A stretch of 64,000 bases of DNA from Desulfatiglandales bacterium (GTDB taxonomy: Bacteria > Desulfobacterota > DSM-4660 > Desulfatiglandales > Desulfatiglandaceae), in contig OY759599.1 in assembly GCA_963662465.1 (NCBI GenBank), positions 992,001 to 1,056,000 on the forward strand. Reading direction: 5' to 3'. The translations under genes were made by a program, and so were the position numbers. The notes beneath the pieces are model-generated. The model saw nothing but the letters and a program-made list of their open reading frames with translations. It was not told the DNA's origin and searched no databases. This document shows, piece after piece, positions 1 through 9,890 of the stretch (positions are counted from its first letter, which is position 1; each line of letters begins with the position of its first letter).

Positions 1-1
1 T

Positions 2-700
2 TTATTAGTATGGCACTCCGATTATGTTGATCATGTTGATGAAGAAAACCTGTGCGGTTCATTTGAGGATTTTTTGCAAAAAATCGACTTCAAAATCCTT
101 GGTGTAACAAAAGATAAGTGGAAAGCCTCAACCAATGCTATCAAGACCGTATTCCATAACATTTGGGTCGGATATTGCCATCGTCATTGTTTGAAAAACT
201 TCTACGATGCACTATCAAAATATCAAAAAGAATCAAAATGTACCGACCAAGAAGTGGACAAGCTTTATAAAAAATTTAAGAAAGTTTTGAAAACATCCAC
301 ATCTAAAGTTAACTTGGAAGTAAAGATTAAGGCATTAGATGACGATGCATTTTCTCATCCATTACTAAAAAAGAGGGTAGTAGAATTAAAAGAAAATGCC
401 ACTCATTATACCTCTCATAAAAATAGAAATGGGATAAAACAAACAACCTCCATTGTTGACAATTATTTAAAAGGAATCAAACGTAAACTAAAACAAATTG
501 AGAGTTTTCGAGATAAGAAATGGGCAAGTCTTTTCTTTCGAGCACATGCGACTATCAGGAATTTTGTCCCATTTTTACCTGGCGCAAAAAATGCTCATAA
601 AAGTCCCTTTGAATTAGCCAACGGCCAAACATTTGACTTACCTTGGATTCAAGTTATGAATGTTCATAATGCATTCTTGTTTACCGAAAACGCCTTTTAA
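2..700 (+). CDS. DDE transposase, C-terminal part (IS256/ISH6/MULE-like), truncated by the window edge
   Basis: Frame is open from base 2. Motifs GVTKD (second Asp), YCHRH (CxxH) and TTSIVDNY (resembles TTNxxE). AT-rich by eye. Possible element end ...GGGTTATACAACC near 720. Confidence 0.7.
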   Translation, partial: LLVWHSDYVDHVDEENLCGSFEDFLQKIDFKILGVTKDKWKASTNAIKTVFHNIWVGYCHRHCLKNFYDALSKYQKESKCTDQEVDKLYKKFKKVLKTSTSKVNLEVKIKALDDDAFSHPLLKKRVVELKENATHYTSHKNRNGIKQTTSIVDNYLKGIKRKLKQIESFRDKKWASLFFRAHATIRNFVPFLPGAKNAHKSPFELANGQTFDLPWIQVMNVHNAFLFTENAF

Positions 701-734
701 TTTTGATGGGTTATACAACCCCACAACATTTAGA

Positions 735-845
735 CTTATGCGCAAGGATGGATTAAATCCGGCCATCGGGGAAGCCCACGGGCGATATACGAGAATGATC
801 AATTTTAGGGAAGGTTGGCGCGGTCATTTAAGGTGTCCCCGGATT
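735..845 (+). pseudogene. Remnant of a REP-associated (Y1/IS200-like, RAYT) transposase
   Basis: Translates AIGEAHGRYTRMINFREGWRGHL, typical of the RAYT segment preceding WQGRF, then breaks into GGTGTCCCCGGATT. Confidence 0.6.
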
Positions 846-862
846 TGCGAACACTGAATGAT

Positions 863-1294
863 ATGAAAGAACACTATTCCTGCTTGAAGATTGCTGTTGT
901 TATTTTGTTGATCATGTCAACCGCGGCTTTGGCACGCAGCAATGCTCCTTTAAATCAGGACACCCAACTCGAAAGCAGCACGGGACAATATCTTGAGCAG
1001 ATAGAAGATCGTCTTGAAAAAAGTTTAAAAAACAACGAACCGGAATTTCCTGCCTCCCTCCGTAATGTCCTTATCAAATTTTCCATGCTTGGACCAATGG
1101 CAAACATAAGCAGCCGGACACTTGAAAAATTAGGTGGCAGCAAGACGGCCCGTACCTGTATATTCTTTGTCATGCCGGTAATCCGCTGGATGAGCGAACC
1201 GGCCATAAGCTTTTCCGGCATTTCTTCAGGCGCCACAGGACATAGTCCACTAGACCGGTTGCCGCAGCCCGGTTGGGCATGCTTCGGAAAGTGA
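863..1294 (+). CDS. Hypothetical secreted protein, possibly chimeric or truncated
   Basis: Signal-peptide-like start (IAVVILLIMSTAALA); no recognisable domain. Confidence 0.35.
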   Translation: MKEHYSCLKIAVVILLIMSTAALARSNAPLNQDTQLESSTGQYLEQIEDRLEKSLKNNEPEFPASLRNVLIKFSMLGPMANISSRTLEKLGGSKTARTCIFFVMPVIRWMSEPAISFSGISSGATGHSPLDRLPQPGWACFGK

Positions 1295-1531
1295 ATCAGT
1301 GGATCAAATATGTTTGCGAAAACGGTTTCGTGTTTATGAAAAGCGCCCTTCGATCGGGCAAAAATTTATCTTGAACAGCAGGGTATAAATAGTCACGGAA
1401 AACTGTTTAACTATTATAAAGAATGCACGAAGTGTCAACAGCTATTTATGGAATTCGTCAGTTCGCCTGAAAATCCATTTTGGAAGTGTCGCTGCTTTTT
1501 GAGGTTAAACTACAAATGTGATTTCGTCAGT

Positions 1532-1672
1532 GGACCTCGGGGAGGTTCGTCAGATTATAAAGTGACTCAAAGCCTTTTAATTCTTTCCCAAAAATGGTGC
1601 AGCTTTCTATGCTTCTCTATGCGAATTTTGAGTGGCATATAAACTCATAATCTGAGGTACGTCCCCATTCTC
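1532..1672. repeat. ~140-bp dispersed repeat with imperfect internal inverted ends, copy 1
   Basis: Near-identical to 11083-11222. GGGGAGGTTCGTCAGATTAT (1539) pairs imperfectly with ATAATCTGAGGTACGTCCCC (ends 1666). Confidence 0.85.
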
Positions 1673-2690
1673 AATAGCGATCTTTCTGTCTATGATTGTT
1701 GGGTTCCGCTTTTATGACCTGGCGCGAGGATTTGTGGTTCACATACAGACCGCCGGAGTTTCAAAACACCGGAAATGCCGACTCAAGAATAACCGATCGA
1801 ATCCTACACCCAAGTCCTGTGATTGTTTGACAGACTTCCAAAGCGAAAAAAATTGGTTCAGAAGACCATTTACGAGATAATACCTTTCTACCATCCAACC
1901 CCTACATATTGTGGTTGTCAAATTTCTGATTTCATTGCAGATATAGCAGTAATCAGAAGTTCTTCATTGATAATAAATAGTTAATGGATTAAGAACTTTT
2001 TCTTCGTTGAAATGGTACAAATAGAATTAGTGCCTTATCACCAGGTCTTTTGTCACAAAAAACAAGAAAATTTTCACACTATGGAAATGCAATCGACCCC
2101 AATAGCTAAAAGGTCAAAGCTGAAAGCTCAAAGGAAAATGCAATCTGCCTCGCCTTTCACCTTTCAGCTTCGAGTTAAAGTGAGACTTTGTGTTGCGTGC
2201 AGTGCTCGCCTTAGCTTTTAAGAATGCTCTCTCTTTTCTGGTTTGATCGAAAAATCTGGCTCAAAAGCAGTAGAAACGAAAGAACACATTTTGAACATCC
2301 GTTGTTGACATGCACGCCGGGGAAATATTAGTCTCCTTAATAAAAGGACCAAGATTTACACGTCGCACTGACGTTGATATTTTTATTGAAAACTCGGCTT
2401 CTAAACAGGAAGCAGACCATCGTCTATGGTTTCTTTATGAATCACTTTTCGGGTTATTTAGAGACGCTCAATCGCTTAGAACTCTTTGCCGGAATTTCTG
2501 ATTTAATGAAGGATGCCGAATTATGTTGGCATTGATAACCGCAATTTTTTAAATCTTAACAAGAGGACCCCATAATCTTCCGTTATCCTCTGTTTTTCAA
2601 CCGTAAACCGGCAACCGTAAACTGTGAACGGTTACTTAATTTTATTATCACTTCAACTGAATTTTCACTTAATGGAAGGAGGAGCCAACC

Positions 2691-3794
2691 ATGCTGCAGT
2701 TACTCGTCCATCGAATTGCCCGGGGTTTATCAATGGGGACGTCGGCCGTGGCAGTCTTTCTTGCTGCTGCCCAACTGTTTGCCGCGAGTGCTTCGGCGGA
2801 TCCGTCGACATCCATCGACATCGACGGAATTGTTCCGACCGAAAAAGGATTCGTGGTAACGGGGAAAGTCACTTGCAAAGGGCCGGTGTCTGGTGGCGGT
2901 GAAAGCCACTCTTATCGGGTTTATGCGGTCGCGGATATCAAAGACAGTAAGGTTGCCAGGTTCCCCAAACTTGCCGAGTACTTGGTCATCAGACCGCCAG
3001 CCGGTGCGGAAACCGATGTAGGGCCTGGCAGCGGCCTCGGCAATTTGATGACGATTGAAGAGCGAGACGGCATTGACTGCACGTCGTTAAGAACCGGCCC
3101 GCAGCCCGGAACCGACAAATTCGAGTTGATTATTCCCATCAAGCACGGTGGCAAGATGGTGCGCATACGTGCGTACCTCAACTACCAGTACAACAATGTC
3201 GGCACGCCGTGGCCGATGATTAAATTTTACCACGACATAGGCTACGAAGGGGTGCTGCCATCTGATCAACCCATGAATGAAGGAAAGAACTGGGATCTGA
3301 ATAGTGATTTGCGTTATGGTATCCATCAGATTACACAATATATAAGGAAACGGGCAAAAGACATCCGTGCAACTGACAAGAATATGTCAGATCTGTTAAA
3401 TCTTTATGCTGAAAGAATTTCTAATGCTAAAATTTCTTACAAATCTAAACCCTTGTTTGGCAAAAATGGACAAATGGCAAATTATTGGTGTGGCACTATC
3501 ACTCTTTTTAATGGCATATACCAATACAATGATGTATTTGGCCCAACAAATAAATTATATTCTATTAAAGCAGGCAAGTATAACTTGAGTATAATGGCAA
3601 GTTTGCTCATACATGAAGTAGCCCATTCATATGGGGCGAATGAATGGCAGGCCCATCGACTTCAGCAACTGACTTTTGATGCCTTAGGTGTCGATAAAAA
3701 TAATCCTGTTCGTGATCCTGTTAAGAAATATTTCAAGGCTTATCCTTCGTGGTGGAGCCTTGGCTCACAGTACCTTTATTGGTTACGGATGTAA
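2691..3794 (+). CDS. Secreted protein with C-terminal HEXXH zinc-metallopeptidase-like domain
   Basis: RBS GGAGG, signal peptide (…LFAASASA), LLIHEVAHSYGANE motif. Confidence 0.7.
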   Translation: MLQLLVHRIARGLSMGTSAVAVFLAAAQLFAASASADPSTSIDIDGIVPTEKGFVVTGKVTCKGPVSGGGESHSYRVYAVADIKDSKVARFPKLAEYLVIRPPAGAETDVGPGSGLGNLMTIEERDGIDCTSLRTGPQPGTDKFELIIPIKHGGKMVRIRAYLNYQYNNVGTPWPMIKFYHDIGYEGVLPSDQPMNEGKNWDLNSDLRYGIHQITQYIRKRAKDIRATDKNMSDLLNLYAERISNAKISYKSKPLFGKNGQMANYWCGTITLFNGIYQYNDVFGPTNKLYSIKAGKYNLSIMASLLIHEVAHSYGANEWQAHRLQQLTFDALGVDKNNPVRDPVKKYFKAYPSWWSLGSQYLYWLRM

Positions 3795-3809
3795 CGGGAG
3801 GAATAAATA

Positions 3810-5291
3810 ATGATAATAAAATACAAAACAAATCGAATGATACAGGGTTTGAGTGCCTGCATTGTATTCTTTTTTTTGCCTATTTCGTCTTTGTTTGCAC
3901 TTGAAAATCCGGAAATTGAGAAAAAGATAGACAATTTCGAAAAAGGATTAGCAACAAAAAACATTAATCTTGTTATGCAATCATTCAAGAAAAACGACGT
4001 TTGGCAAGGCGTCATGACATATCCTTACGTCAAGGAGAATGCTGCTGAACTCTTTAACTACTACAAATCCATCAATCTGCAGAGAATCAGACTGGAAATT
4101 TTAGCTCTGGATCAGCGCATTGCCAGTTCTGCAGACTACCTACTGCGGGCAACAACAATGCAGGGCAAGCAGGTCGAGCTGAAAGTCTCTTTCGTCTTTC
4201 TCTGGGAGAAAGGAGAGAACGAATGGCAGATCACAGCAATAAATCCCTTGATCATGGTCCCGGTAGATGGTTCGGTAGCAGATGATCTGAAAAAGATCGA
4301 TCCTGGCAATGTAAGCCAAGACTCGCAGGTTGGCCACTTGTCTCCAGTTGCCGACTCCTATGTCTATGCCTATGCCTACCGGAACTGGAACAAGGCCAAC
4401 TGGGGGAAATCCGGTAGCCTTGGGGCTGGATGGCATCCCACCGGCGGGGAGAAAAGGATATACTTGAAGTTTGACCTTTCCGGTATTGACGTCAAAAAAG
4501 TGGGAAAGGCAACACTGAAACTCTTTCATTATCATACCGGGGGCAAAAATTCTTTATTTCTGGGGGTTCACGCAGTCACCAGCGCATGGCGGGAAGGCGG
4601 GAACACCTACCATTCGGGTCAGACTGAAAAATTTGCTGCAGCTGGTGAAATTAGCTGGGTTAACCAGCCTGCCTTTAATTTTTCCCCTTTGGCAAGCTTC
4701 AAGCCCGGCTCAAGAGAAGGTAAATATGCTGAAGCGGACATTACGCCACTGGTTGTGGCATGGCTTACAGGGAAACCCAATTACGGGTTAATGATCAAAC
4801 CGATGGGAATTATGTCAGGAAGAGCACCGGAATCTTCCTACGCGTTCTACTCCAGGGAATATCAGGATAAGAACAGACGACCGGTTCTCTGTATTGGATC
4901 TGCGGTGTCGGGATCGCTTGTTCAAGATCCCAAAGGCGAAAAAACAACTGAGCTGGAAGCCAAAATGAGGGATCTGGGAGACCGAATCGGGGCTTACAAG
5001 AATTGTATCTCCCTAGAACGACCCGGGGAAATCATGCTCTACCTGGATCCGCTGACATCTGAATGTATGCCCATTAACATTGCTTCATTCAAGGCCTACC
5101 TGACAGAAAAGGGGTTGACCACCTCAGAAATAAAAGACCGAATGGCGATTTGGGATGAAAAATCTGCTGATGTCAAGAAGAAACTGTTGGAGGATATTTC
5201 ACGAATGGAATCCGAACTCCGCCAGCTTCACAAGAATTCCGGAACGGAAGGAGCCAGTGAAAAGAGGGTAAGCCTCCCACTCAACCCTTGA
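3810..5291 (+). CDS. Secreted multidomain protein: NTF2/SnoaL-like + DNRLRE/CBM96-like + coiled-coil tail
   Basis: Signal peptide; LSPVADSYV…NWG…RIYLKFDLS…ATLKL…NYGLMIK…FYSRE…RPVL pattern of DNRLRE/CBM96 domains. Confidence 0.7.
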   Translation: MIIKYKTNRMIQGLSACIVFFFLPISSLFALENPEIEKKIDNFEKGLATKNINLVMQSFKKNDVWQGVMTYPYVKENAAELFNYYKSINLQRIRLEILALDQRIASSADYLLRATTMQGKQVELKVSFVFLWEKGENEWQITAINPLIMVPVDGSVADDLKKIDPGNVSQDSQVGHLSPVADSYVYAYAYRNWNKANWGKSGSLGAGWHPTGGEKRIYLKFDLSGIDVKKVGKATLKLFHYHTGGKNSLFLGVHAVTSAWREGGNTYHSGQTEKFAAAGEISWVNQPAFNFSPLASFKPGSREGKYAEADITPLVVAWLTGKPNYGLMIKPMGIMSGRAPESSYAFYSREYQDKNRRPVLCIGSAVSGSLVQDPKGEKTTELEAKMRDLGDRIGAYKNCISLERPGEIMLYLDPLTSECMPINIASFKAYLTEKGLTTSEIKDRMAIWDEKSADVKKKLLEDISRMESELRQLHKNSGTEGASEKRVSLPLNP

Positions 5292-5351
5292 GTTGCGCCG
5301 GTTGATTTTCCGGCTGAGGGGTTCTTATTTACTTATCAAAGAGGTATACAC

Positions 5352-6620
5352 ATGACGCGCAAGAGCTTATGGGTTTACGTAACGGTATTTTCAATTGTAG
5401 GATGGTTACTATTGTCTGCGATTTTATCGTTTGCGGGCATGGTGGATGAGCGACCTGATGGACCTGCCAAAGCAGGCTCATCCATAAACGCCTTAAACTG
5501 CAAAGCAAAGGAAGAGGCCCGCTTGCAAGAGCGGATTAATGCCATGAAGGCTGACCCCGGAAGCCTGTTTTATGCCAAGTCAAATCTTTCTCCCGGCGAA
5601 CAGGATAGGATTGCCCAAAGACACCTGAAGGAAATTCAAAAGCTTAATCGGGTGAAGGCCTTTGATTTACCCGACGATAATCATATTCTCGAACATACCC
5701 GGTTGATTCTCCTCGATGCGCCCGATTCGCGAATAGCTCAAATCGCCCATTGGAATCTTCATGTCCTGTATATGACGATGGGAGATGAGGACTCTGCATC
5801 GCAGGCATTAGAAAGCTATATCGACAAATATCCGGAAAACACAGACAGGCGGTTGGAAGCTTTCGACAAGCTGTTTCTGTTTGCTCAGAGGCGGGGGGAC
5901 TGGGGGGCAGCCCTGTATTACGCGGAAAAACGGTTGGCGTTAGATCCCAATAACTCCGTTTTCATGCTGACGAAAGCCAGAGCCCTCCTCCGGCTGGGAG
6001 ACAGGGAAGGCGGCCGAAAACTCCTTGCGCGAATCCTCAAGGAAGATGAAGGATCGGTTCAGTATAATCTGGCCATGATGGAGGTGGAGCGTTTGCAGGC
6101 CGGAGCGTATGACAAACCCTCAGTTAAAGAGTTCCCGAATAAATCCCTGGCTCCGGCTCACGGCCAGATAAAGGTCAGTGAACAAACAGACGAAACCGGC
6201 AGGCAAACGGCTGATTTGAAGCGGTCGGATTTGCACCAGACATCGGTTGCTCCGCCAGCGGATGAGAAAGAGGTTTCAGCCGGGGATCCACTACTGGTCG
6301 ATCAATACCAGCTGACCCTCAAGCGAATGAAACAGCTCGCAATGGGCAGCCAAATTTTCGAACTCCATAACGATGCCCTTCCTTCAAGCCTTCAGGAGTT
6401 ATTGAAAAATGGATACGCCAAGGAAGAGTTTATGCGGGATGCATGGGGCCAGGAGTTTTATTTTAAGGCGGATTCCGTAAATAAAATCTGCTGGGTGGCC
6501 AGCGCCGGTAGCGATGGCAAATTTCTTGGATTCGACCAGAAGGGGGCCTATACCCATCTTCTGGGGCAGGACATCATCGCCTTCGGCACAGATTTCATCT
6601 TTGCTCCCGAATTTAAATAG
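5352..6620 (+). CDS. Exported TPR protein with C-terminal GspG(T2SSG)-like domain
   Basis: N-terminal hydrophobic segment, TPR-like helices, C-terminal LPSSLQEL…DAWGQEFYF…SAGSDGKF…DI resembling the pseudopilin DPWG/SxGxDG motifs. Confidence 0.6.
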   Translation: MTRKSLWVYVTVFSIVGWLLLSAILSFAGMVDERPDGPAKAGSSINALNCKAKEEARLQERINAMKADPGSLFYAKSNLSPGEQDRIAQRHLKEIQKLNRVKAFDLPDDNHILEHTRLILLDAPDSRIAQIAHWNLHVLYMTMGDEDSASQALESYIDKYPENTDRRLEAFDKLFLFAQRRGDWGAALYYAEKRLALDPNNSVFMLTKARALLRLGDREGGRKLLARILKEDEGSVQYNLAMMEVERLQAGAYDKPSVKEFPNKSLAPAHGQIKVSEQTDETGRQTADLKRSDLHQTSVAPPADEKEVSAGDPLLVDQYQLTLKRMKQLAMGSQIFELHNDALPSSLQELLKNGYAKEEFMRDAWGQEFYFKADSVNKICWVASAGSDGKFLGFDQKGAYTHLLGQDIIAFGTDFIFAPEFK

Positions 6621-6895
6621 TTGCTGAAAGTGACCACCAAATCCGATGGAAAGATTGCAAGCCATTTTGAAGGAGATGCAACATAACCCATGTGGCAACA
6701 TAACTTGACATAATCACAAGTCAAAAGGTCCATATCCGCCACCACAACATCTTGTGGTCTAATGCTATAATGTTTAAGGTGCGAAACAATCCTTTCATCT
6801 GCCCAAACCAACTACAGATTCAAATTACATTCACACAAAATGGACCCATTAAATCGCCTCATGACCAACCTTCTTCCAATGGACCCATTATCGCT

Positions 6896-6921
6896 CTCGT
6901 TTCCATGCTCTGCGTGGGAAC
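6896..6921. repeat. Degenerate REP-like palindrome
   Basis: CTCGTTTCCATGCTCTGCGTGGGAAC resembles the TCGTTCCCACGC…GCGTGGGAA REP family. Confidence 0.45.
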
Positions 6922-7047
6922 CAGCCTGTGGAAAGAACAAAATTCTCTTTTTCACGTTAATCCGCGAAGACCCGTAAATAATTTGTCCTCCGTCCTCTTA
7001 TGACTTTCGTTGCCTTGAAACTGATCTCCAGACCCCCGCCCTTTTTC

Positions 7048-7076
7048 TTGACAGCATGCCCCATAATAGATACATT
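7048..7076 (+). promoter_or_regulatory. Putative sigma70 promoter for the lipoprotein genes
   Basis: TTGACA-17 bp-TACATT upstream of 7259. Confidence 0.5.
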
Positions 7077-7258
7077 TCCATTTTGACAATTATTTCAATT
7101 TATCGCATAAGTCTACATGTTGTGAGGTTTTAGGTTAACGTGCTGAAATATAAAAGATTTCAGAGTTTTTATTCCAAAGTCATTAATCGTTGATTTTCAA
7201 TAGGTTACATGTAGATTTTTGAAAACCCCATAACTCTATTTAATACGGAGGCAAACCC

Positions 7259-9787
7259 ATGTGTGGAAAACATCGACATGTCACGGAAACACTTCTTTTA
7301 TGGTTTGTTCTCCTGCCTTTACTATTTGCCCTGATTTTGGGCTGTAGTGATTCGGACAGCACCATTTCAGGATCAGACCCTTTTAGAGGAAAACCTGTCA
7401 ACCTCACCATCGACCACAAGAATACGGAGACCGGTTTGACCCAACCTCCTTCCGGCAGCCATTCGGTGCTCGCGGAAACGCCCGTAGACATCGTCGCCTC
7501 ACCCGGGGATGGCTATGTATTTTCCGGTTGGCAGTTGTCCGGGGCTGGCTCACTCGGGGATCCACACGCATCAGTCACGACGGTGACCTTGAGCGGCGAT
7601 ACGGTCCTGAAACCGCTTTTTAAACGGGAGGTTCGGCTCACGATTCACATAGTCCCTCCCTCTTGCGGCAGCACCGTTCCCATGCCGGAAAAAGCCATTT
7701 CCTTGGGACAGGAGGATACGATTGAACTGAGTGCCCTTCCAGGGACGGGGTATTATTTCTCCGGCTGGCAAGGAACACAAGGTTGCGAAATCACGGATTC
7801 GACTGCGTCATCTACGACCGCCATCATATCAGCCGACTGTAAAATCACTGCGGAATTTGAAGAAGATCCGGTGAAATTTTCAGGGATCGTGATCGCAAAT
7901 GCCTATACCGCCACTGACAGCCAGACCGGACACGAAAAAACCCTGGCAAATCTGGAATGGCTGGAGGCCTCAAGCCGTTTTTCCGGCTCGCCCGAGGAAA
8001 TGACCTATCATGTCTACCACGGCAACAACAGCGACCTTAAGACCCTCTACAGATCGGAAAACCTGAAGCTCAGCCAGAAAGGGGTCCTGAAGGCGGAACT
8101 CGATATCGACACAGAGGAAACAAAAACCTACTTCCTCGTGGTGGCAGAGGATCCACAGGGAAATCGAAACCACGGGCACAGGGTGGCCTCGGTGGTGTCG
8201 TCCCGGCTGACCTTTGACCAAGGGGGTGTTCCCATGGATCTTCGGACACTCGGGGCGGATAACATCACTGTCTCGGCAGAGGAAAAAACAGTTACGCTCC
8301 ATGGCGGGGACTGGCGTTATCTTTTTCCCACAGGGAAAAATATTGCTCTCTTCGGCGACGATCTGGGGGTAAAGTCCGTCTCCTATGCCACATTTAATAA
8401 CGATAATTACACCACGATCCACTATAAGGACAAGGAGTTGAAGGATTTTGTTCAGGGCGGGCGTTTCCAAACCTATGCAAACTTTCCGGATCTGAATCAA
8501 CTGCCTGCCCAGACACTGCAAAGGGCGCTGGAGCGTTCAGACCTTCCGGCACAATTCATCCGTAGACTGGAATCCGCAGAGCGGTCAAACACTTTGGTTT
8601 ATATCAACCCGGCAAAAACCATGATATTGATAGAATCCAGTGCCGACGGCGTTACCCAGTCCAGAGACGGCGCGTTTGAGAGAACGATTTCCCTGGATGG
8701 CTTCGGTACGCTCAATATTCTGATCGATCTGACATTGGGAGCTTATACTGACCGAGTAGTCGATGAAAATACCAAAGAGGTCGAACAGCTTCTCATTGAT
8801 TTTGAAGGGGCTGCCCGGGTTCACGGCGTGGCCAAACTCCAGATTGACTCCGGCTCGAATCTTGAATTCAAGAAAGAACGTCTGGTCGAAAAGAAATTCA
8901 CGGTGATTTACGCATTAGGTCCGGTGCCTGTCATCCAGGATTTCGATTTTTGGATCGACGCGTATCTCGACGTCAGTTTCAATGAGGGAACCGACCTTCA
9001 AATCACCGCCGGCGTCAAAGTTGATAAGGGGATTCATATCGGTATGTATTATGAGCGGGGAAAGGGTTGGTCGCCCTACTACCGGCAAGAACATCATAAA
9101 GACCTGCCCCTTGCCGTTTCAGGCTCTGCAAAAACCACAACCACACTGCATCTCACACCCCATGTGAAAACCACCTTCAACAAGTGCGCAACAGCCGAAG
9201 CACAGTTGGTATCCAACTCTAAACTCTTTGCGGATTTCACTGCCGCTGGTTCGGAGGTCATGCTGACGCGCTGCGACTTCAATTCCCATGCCTATATGAT
9301 GTTCTTCTGCGATTTCAAACCGTTCGGGGTGATTCTGCTGGGCAGCACCAACCCCAACAGTCTTTGGTTATTTACGGGGTGTTTTTACAGCCTTCCTGAG
9401 ATGAAAATGGGTCCTGTCCAAAACCTATCCGTGGATGAGAAGACAACGCCCCATCACCTGCGAGACTTCGCCAAGGTTGAATTTGTAGATGGCATCAAAA
9501 ACCCGCGACGCAAGGTTTGGTGGGTTCTGGAAAGGCTGATGCCGGACGGCCAGATGTGGGTCCCAGTGCCCACAAGCCGCCTCCTGCCCGACTCGGAAAC
9601 TATTGATCGAGCGACGGAACCACCCTATGACCGGTGCCGTTTCATACAGAATTGTGACCTATACGTGGATAACATTTTTCCCCAGGGATTGTACCGTATC
9701 AAAACGACGGGGACCACCAAAGGCATTCTGGGATCCCTGGATACGCGTGTTGTCTCAAGGCAGTTCCGCGTCTACAATGCCCAATAA
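7259..9787 (+). CDS. Large lipoprotein with two InlB-B/bacterial-repeat domains and a beta-rich body
   Basis: RBS GGAGG, lipobox LILGC, two A.PG.GY.FSGW repeats. Confidence 0.8.
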   Translation: MCGKHRHVTETLLLWFVLLPLLFALILGCSDSDSTISGSDPFRGKPVNLTIDHKNTETGLTQPPSGSHSVLAETPVDIVASPGDGYVFSGWQLSGAGSLGDPHASVTTVTLSGDTVLKPLFKREVRLTIHIVPPSCGSTVPMPEKAISLGQEDTIELSALPGTGYYFSGWQGTQGCEITDSTASSTTAIISADCKITAEFEEDPVKFSGIVIANAYTATDSQTGHEKTLANLEWLEASSRFSGSPEEMTYHVYHGNNSDLKTLYRSENLKLSQKGVLKAELDIDTEETKTYFLVVAEDPQGNRNHGHRVASVVSSRLTFDQGGVPMDLRTLGADNITVSAEEKTVTLHGGDWRYLFPTGKNIALFGDDLGVKSVSYATFNNDNYTTIHYKDKELKDFVQGGRFQTYANFPDLNQLPAQTLQRALERSDLPAQFIRRLESAERSNTLVYINPAKTMILIESSADGVTQSRDGAFERTISLDGFGTLNILIDLTLGAYTDRVVDENTKEVEQLLIDFEGAARVHGVAKLQIDSGSNLEFKKERLVEKKFTVIYALGPVPVIQDFDFWIDAYLDVSFNEGTDLQITAGVKVDKGIHIGMYYERGKGWSPYYRQEHHKDLPLAVSGSAKTTTTLHLTPHVKTTFNKCATAEAQLVSNSKLFADFTAAGSEVMLTRCDFNSHAYMMFFCDFKPFGVILLGSTNPNSLWLFTGCFYSLPEMKMGPVQNLSVDEKTTPHHLRDFAKVEFVDGIKNPRRKVWWVLERLMPDGQMWVPVPTSRLLPDSETIDRATEPPYDRCRFIQNCDLYVDNIFPQGLYRIKTTGTTKGILGSLDTRVVSRQFRVYNAQ

Positions 9788-9890
9788 CCCACCCCGGAAA
9801 CAGCAGAAGCCGGACCGAACGCTCATATCATGGATGCTGCGGTCCCTTTTAAGAAATCAGAGCCAAACGCGAAGGAGGTCTCTGAAGAAA

